IMG/VR virus record: IMGVR_UViG_3300027828_000031
Direction: 5' to 3' (one strand)
DNA: 20,000 nt
From: an uncultured virus (IMG/VR IMGVR_UViG_3300027828_000031)
Lineage: Duplodnaviria > Heunggongvirae > Uroviricota > Caudoviricetes
The notes under the pieces were generated by a model, which saw nothing but the letters and a program-made list of their open reading frames with translations, made no database searches and was not told where the DNA came from. Position 1 is the stretch's first letter. Each line of letters begins with the position of its first letter. Shown here piece after piece: positions 17,261-20,000 of this stretch. Both the position numbers and the translations under genes were made by a program.

Positions 17261-18313
17261 TTATGCTAGTTGGTTCTTCCATTTAACGTATATGTTTATG
17301 TGACCAGATAATTCGCTTGGCTTAACTCTGATCTCATTAACTCCCGCTCCGACACTTTTGAAGATATCTTTATGTTTGTTAGCAATATATTTGTTTGATA
17401 CACATGCCACATAAAGTCTAAATCCATCCTCTAAAATTTCTAATGGATCGAAAAATTTTGGATCTGTACATTCATTATCAATATAAGATTCTTGGATGTT
17501 GTATTTACCAGTATTTTCACCAATACACTTATATCTGATAATGCCAGTAGCCATGAATTCAAAATCAACAACTTCCATATACATCTTATGGTCTATACTA
17601 AAGAAGATATGCCCATTCTGATATTTAACTTCGACTTGATCTAAATATTCCTGTACCAGACCTTTGTGCACTAACATTGGCTGTCGAGAATCACTATAGA
17701 CTAGAATATGTGTGCCCTCATCTTTGATGAATTCATATCTACTGCCTTTGGACAATGGCCCAAATCCCTTATGCATTGTCACATATTCTAGACCATCATT
17801 GGTAATATTTGCCATTGCATCAATTTCAACTTGATTACCTGATCTATGTGACATTCTTTGATTGACATCAGCTTTGAGCTTACTGTACATTTCTGCGGTC
17901 TTTTTTGATGGACCACAATCTCTACCACGTCCTAATAATTGGATTAGATAACTTACATCCAACAATAATTGCTCACCAAGGTCATATTGCATAATCTGCG
18001 CTAATAATCCCTTTGAAGCTTTGTACATACCTTCTCGTTGTTTACTAGTAAATACCAGATTTGTCTCTATGTTCATCTTATTGTCCTCCTGATTTTTATT
18101 TGTGGTTTCAGCATAATATTCATCCTCTGTTATGCAGTCATGTGATTCTAGATTATCACTATGTTCGCAACCATTGCTAGTCTCAGTCCAAGCACTACCA
18201 CTACCTCTATGGTGCCCAAGCCAGTCTATACCATCTTCATAACAATGTCTGAATTCATATTTGTGTCCACAATGTGGACATCTGGCATATTTCCATTCAC
18301 CACGTGTCTCCAT
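17261..18313 (-). CDS. hypothetical protein with N-terminal CxxC zinc-ribbon-like segment; probable second in-frame start at 18076
   Basis: CPHCG near the N-terminus; internal AGGAGG (18090-18085) precedes in-frame ATG (Met80). Confidence 0.7.
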   Translation of the reverse strand: METRGEWKYARCPHCGHKYEFRHCYEDGIDWLGHHRGSGSAWTETSNGCEHSDNLESHDCITEDEYYAETTNKNQEDNKMNIETNLVFTSKQREGMYKASKGLLAQIMQYDLGEQLLLDVSYLIQLLGRGRDCGPSKKTAEMYSKLKADVNQRMSHRSGNQVEIDAMANITNDGLEYVTMHKGFGPLSKGSRYEFIKDEGTHILVYSDSRQPMLVHKGLVQEYLDQVEVKYQNGHIFFSIDHKMYMEVVDFEFMATGIIRYKCIGENTGKYNIQESYIDNECTDPKFFDPLEILEDGFRLYVACVSNKYIANKHKDIFKSVGAGVNEIRVKPSELSGHINIYVKWKNQLA

Positions 18314-18495
18314 TATTGTCCTCCTAATTTTATTTTTACAAATTTATCTTTTACTGGCTTGAATGCTTCCTTTAGATCTTCTTCAAATTCGGTCATAATT
18401 TCTCTGCCTTTAATATCATTAGCTGAATGATATAACTTACATCTACATTCTTCACCATCGCAGATTCCCGTCATACCCCAAACACAATCATTCAT
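18313..18495 (-). CDS. small Cys-rich hypothetical protein
   Basis: 60 aa with four Cys in the first 20 residues; TAATG coupling to the next gene. Confidence 0.6.
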   Translation of the reverse strand: MNDCVWGMTGICDGEECRCKLYHSANDIKGREIMTEFEEDLKEAFKPVKDKFVKIKLGGQ

Positions 18496-18507
18496 ATTAT
18501 TGTCCTT

Positions 18508-19668
18508 CTAAATCATAGCTTTCTCGTCCGTCACTATCATATCTTGTCTTTCTGCTCCAGTACCAAGTCCTATCACAGGACAACCTGTAATATTTGTCAC
18601 TGTTTTCATGAACTGAGCAGTTTTGCCTGTGATTTCTTCTACTCTACCGAGCATCTTCCAATCAATATATTGGGCGAAGTTGATGAATATACCAGTTGGT
18701 CGGTTGAGCTTGGCTACATAATCCAGTCTGTTCCAATTCATTTCAAATACTCTGCGAGTCTTCTTAGTTACTGTTGTTTGCTCACCAAACTCCACTTCAT
18801 CAGGTGCACCACACTCTGCCTTAACTTGATCCCAGCTTATTTCATTGGAACCATCATAATCGCCTGAGTACCGTTCATCACCGAGATTGGTCGAGCTACT
18901 AATTCTGATTGGATAAGGTCGCATTACCATATAAACTTCAATATTTGGGTATGTTGGTGATATGCCACAATCAGCCAATAATTGACCTGCATGGCATTGT
19001 CTAGATGTAGTATGTGGGTAATTCAACCCATAGTTAATATCTAGGTCTGTACCTTGACTGCCCTCAATGATCACATCTGTGCCAATATCTAATGATGCGT
19101 TGATATGATCCATATAATCCTGTATTACTACATTTTCTAGGAGTGCACGACCCTGATCCACTGTAATCCCGAGATATCCATGCTCTGGATACTCTCTATA
19201 TAGGTGAAGCTCTTCCATAAGGTCCCAGAATAACATTGCCTGTCTCATAGCTTTATCTGCTAATGCCGCACCACATCCTTTGAATGTAGATCCTGATTTC
19301 AATTTCTTCTTCTCGTACTCACAATGATGATTGAGTATTACTGCCGCTCTAGGGTGTACATATACCTTGCGGTCACCCAAGATATCTTTGTACTTGATAA
19401 TCTCATCTGCTAAAATTGACGGAGTAATTGCTGATCCAGGCCCAATTATTAGAGTTGCATTTAGATTGAGAATTGATGTCGGCAAATGCTGTACCATTGT
19501 AGCCTCACCATTCACTACCGTAGTATGTCCTGCATTTGACATGAAATTATTGATTGCTATGAATGGACGATCATATTGCGATGCGAACCAATCTACTACC
19601 TTACCTTTCCCACATGAGCCAGCTTGACTATCGAGAACTATTCTTACTGTACCTAATTTTGAAATCAT
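18508..19668 (-). CDS. purZ: PurZ-like N6-succino-2-amino-2'-deoxyadenylate synthase (adenylosuccinate synthetase fold)
   Basis: DSQAGSCGKGK (Ser18 where PurA has the catalytic Asp of GDEGKGK), NAGHT, GSTFKGCGAA, EGSQG, YPHTTSR, RPYPIRI, TTVTKKTRRV, NFAQY in place of the PurA TKLD guanine-binding motif. Confidence 0.82.
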   Translation of the reverse strand: MISKLGTVRIVLDSQAGSCGKGKVVDWFASQYDRPFIAINNFMSNAGHTTVVNGEATMVQHLPTSILNLNATLIIGPGSAITPSILADEIIKYKDILGDRKVYVHPRAAVILNHHCEYEKKKLKSGSTFKGCGAALADKAMRQAMLFWDLMEELHLYREYPEHGYLGITVDQGRALLENVVIQDYMDHINASLDIGTDVIIEGSQGTDLDINYGLNYPHTTSRQCHAGQLLADCGISPTYPNIEVYMVMRPYPIRISSSTNLGDERYSGDYDGSNEISWDQVKAECGAPDEVEFGEQTTVTKKTRRVFEMNWNRLDYVAKLNRPTGIFINFAQYIDWKMLGRVEEITGKTAQFMKTVTNITGCPVIGLGTGAERQDMIVTDEKAMI

Positions 19669-19669
19669 A

Positions 19670-19987
19670 TTATACCTCCAAATGTTTATCTAGATGATTT
19701 TTAACTGACAACTGTATTGATTCTTCATTGGTATGATTGCCTACCATTATAGTACACCATTTGATATTGCCTAAGAAATTCAATTTAATTTCAGCTTGTC
19801 TCATGAATCTCTCATACATATCTTGCTGTGCCATTGATGTTTCAATTCCATATTTTACATCCTGATAATCTGGCTTGTTGCGTTTTAAAGATTTTTCAAA
19901 GAAATCTTCTGTTCCTTTTAGATTAATAATAAGGATGTTAACATCTTGTCTTGTAGCGATATCTCCAAGTATTTGACAATAGTTCAT
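19670..19987 (-). CDS. hypothetical protein
   Basis: 105-aa ORF directly upstream of purZ; TAATG overlap with an upstream gene outside the window. Confidence 0.65.
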   Translation of the reverse strand: MNYCQILGDIATRQDVNILIINLKGTEDFFEKSLKRNKPDYQDVKYGIETSMAQQDMYERFMRQAEIKLNFLGNIKWCTIMVGNHTNEESIQLSVKNHLDKHLEV

Positions 19988-20000
19988 TAGTCCATCAAAT

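Noticed and set aside
1852..19627. All plus-strand ORFs and the short nested minus-strand ORFs (6275, 10410, 14355) in the track
   Set aside because: They lie within well-supported minus-strand genes and show no motifs; shadow ORFs.
18508..19668. Canonical purA auxiliary metabolic gene
   Set aside because: Lacks the catalytic Asp (GDEGKG) and the TKLD guanine-binding motif.
1..20000. tRNA, rRNA, CRISPR array, transposase or integrase
   Set aside because: None seen; intergenic gaps are all under 100 nt and show no cloverleaf or repeat-spacer pattern.

Overview
An AT-rich (about 35% GC, estimated by eye), densely packed, entirely minus-strand DNA replication and nucleotide-metabolism module of a large bacteriophage. 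The host is probably an anaerobic Firmicute (GGAGG Shine-Dalgarno sites, class III RNR, DnaD-like protein). In transcription order it encodes: a PurA-fold enzyme with PurZ signatures (Ser for the catalytic Asp, NFxQ for TKLD), small hypotheticals, a gp32-like SSB, a Holliday-junction resolvase-like nuclease, an SF2 helicase, a Dam-family adenine methyltransferase, a DnaD-like protein, a DnaG-DnaB fusion, an NMP kinase, NrdG/NrdD, a dUTPase, a sigma factor, and a DnaE (Pol III alpha). The DnaE is split into a stand-alone PHP gene and a polymerase-core gene, separated by two unknown ORFs. The core gene (1994 to <1) is missing from the supplied ORF track because it runs off the window. The main candidate for an undescribed system is a putative 2-aminoadenine (Z-base) pathway paired with a split family-C polymerase and an adenine methyltransferase, rather than the family-A DpoZ or PrimPol of characterised Z-genome phages. 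All calls come from motif reading; no searches were run.
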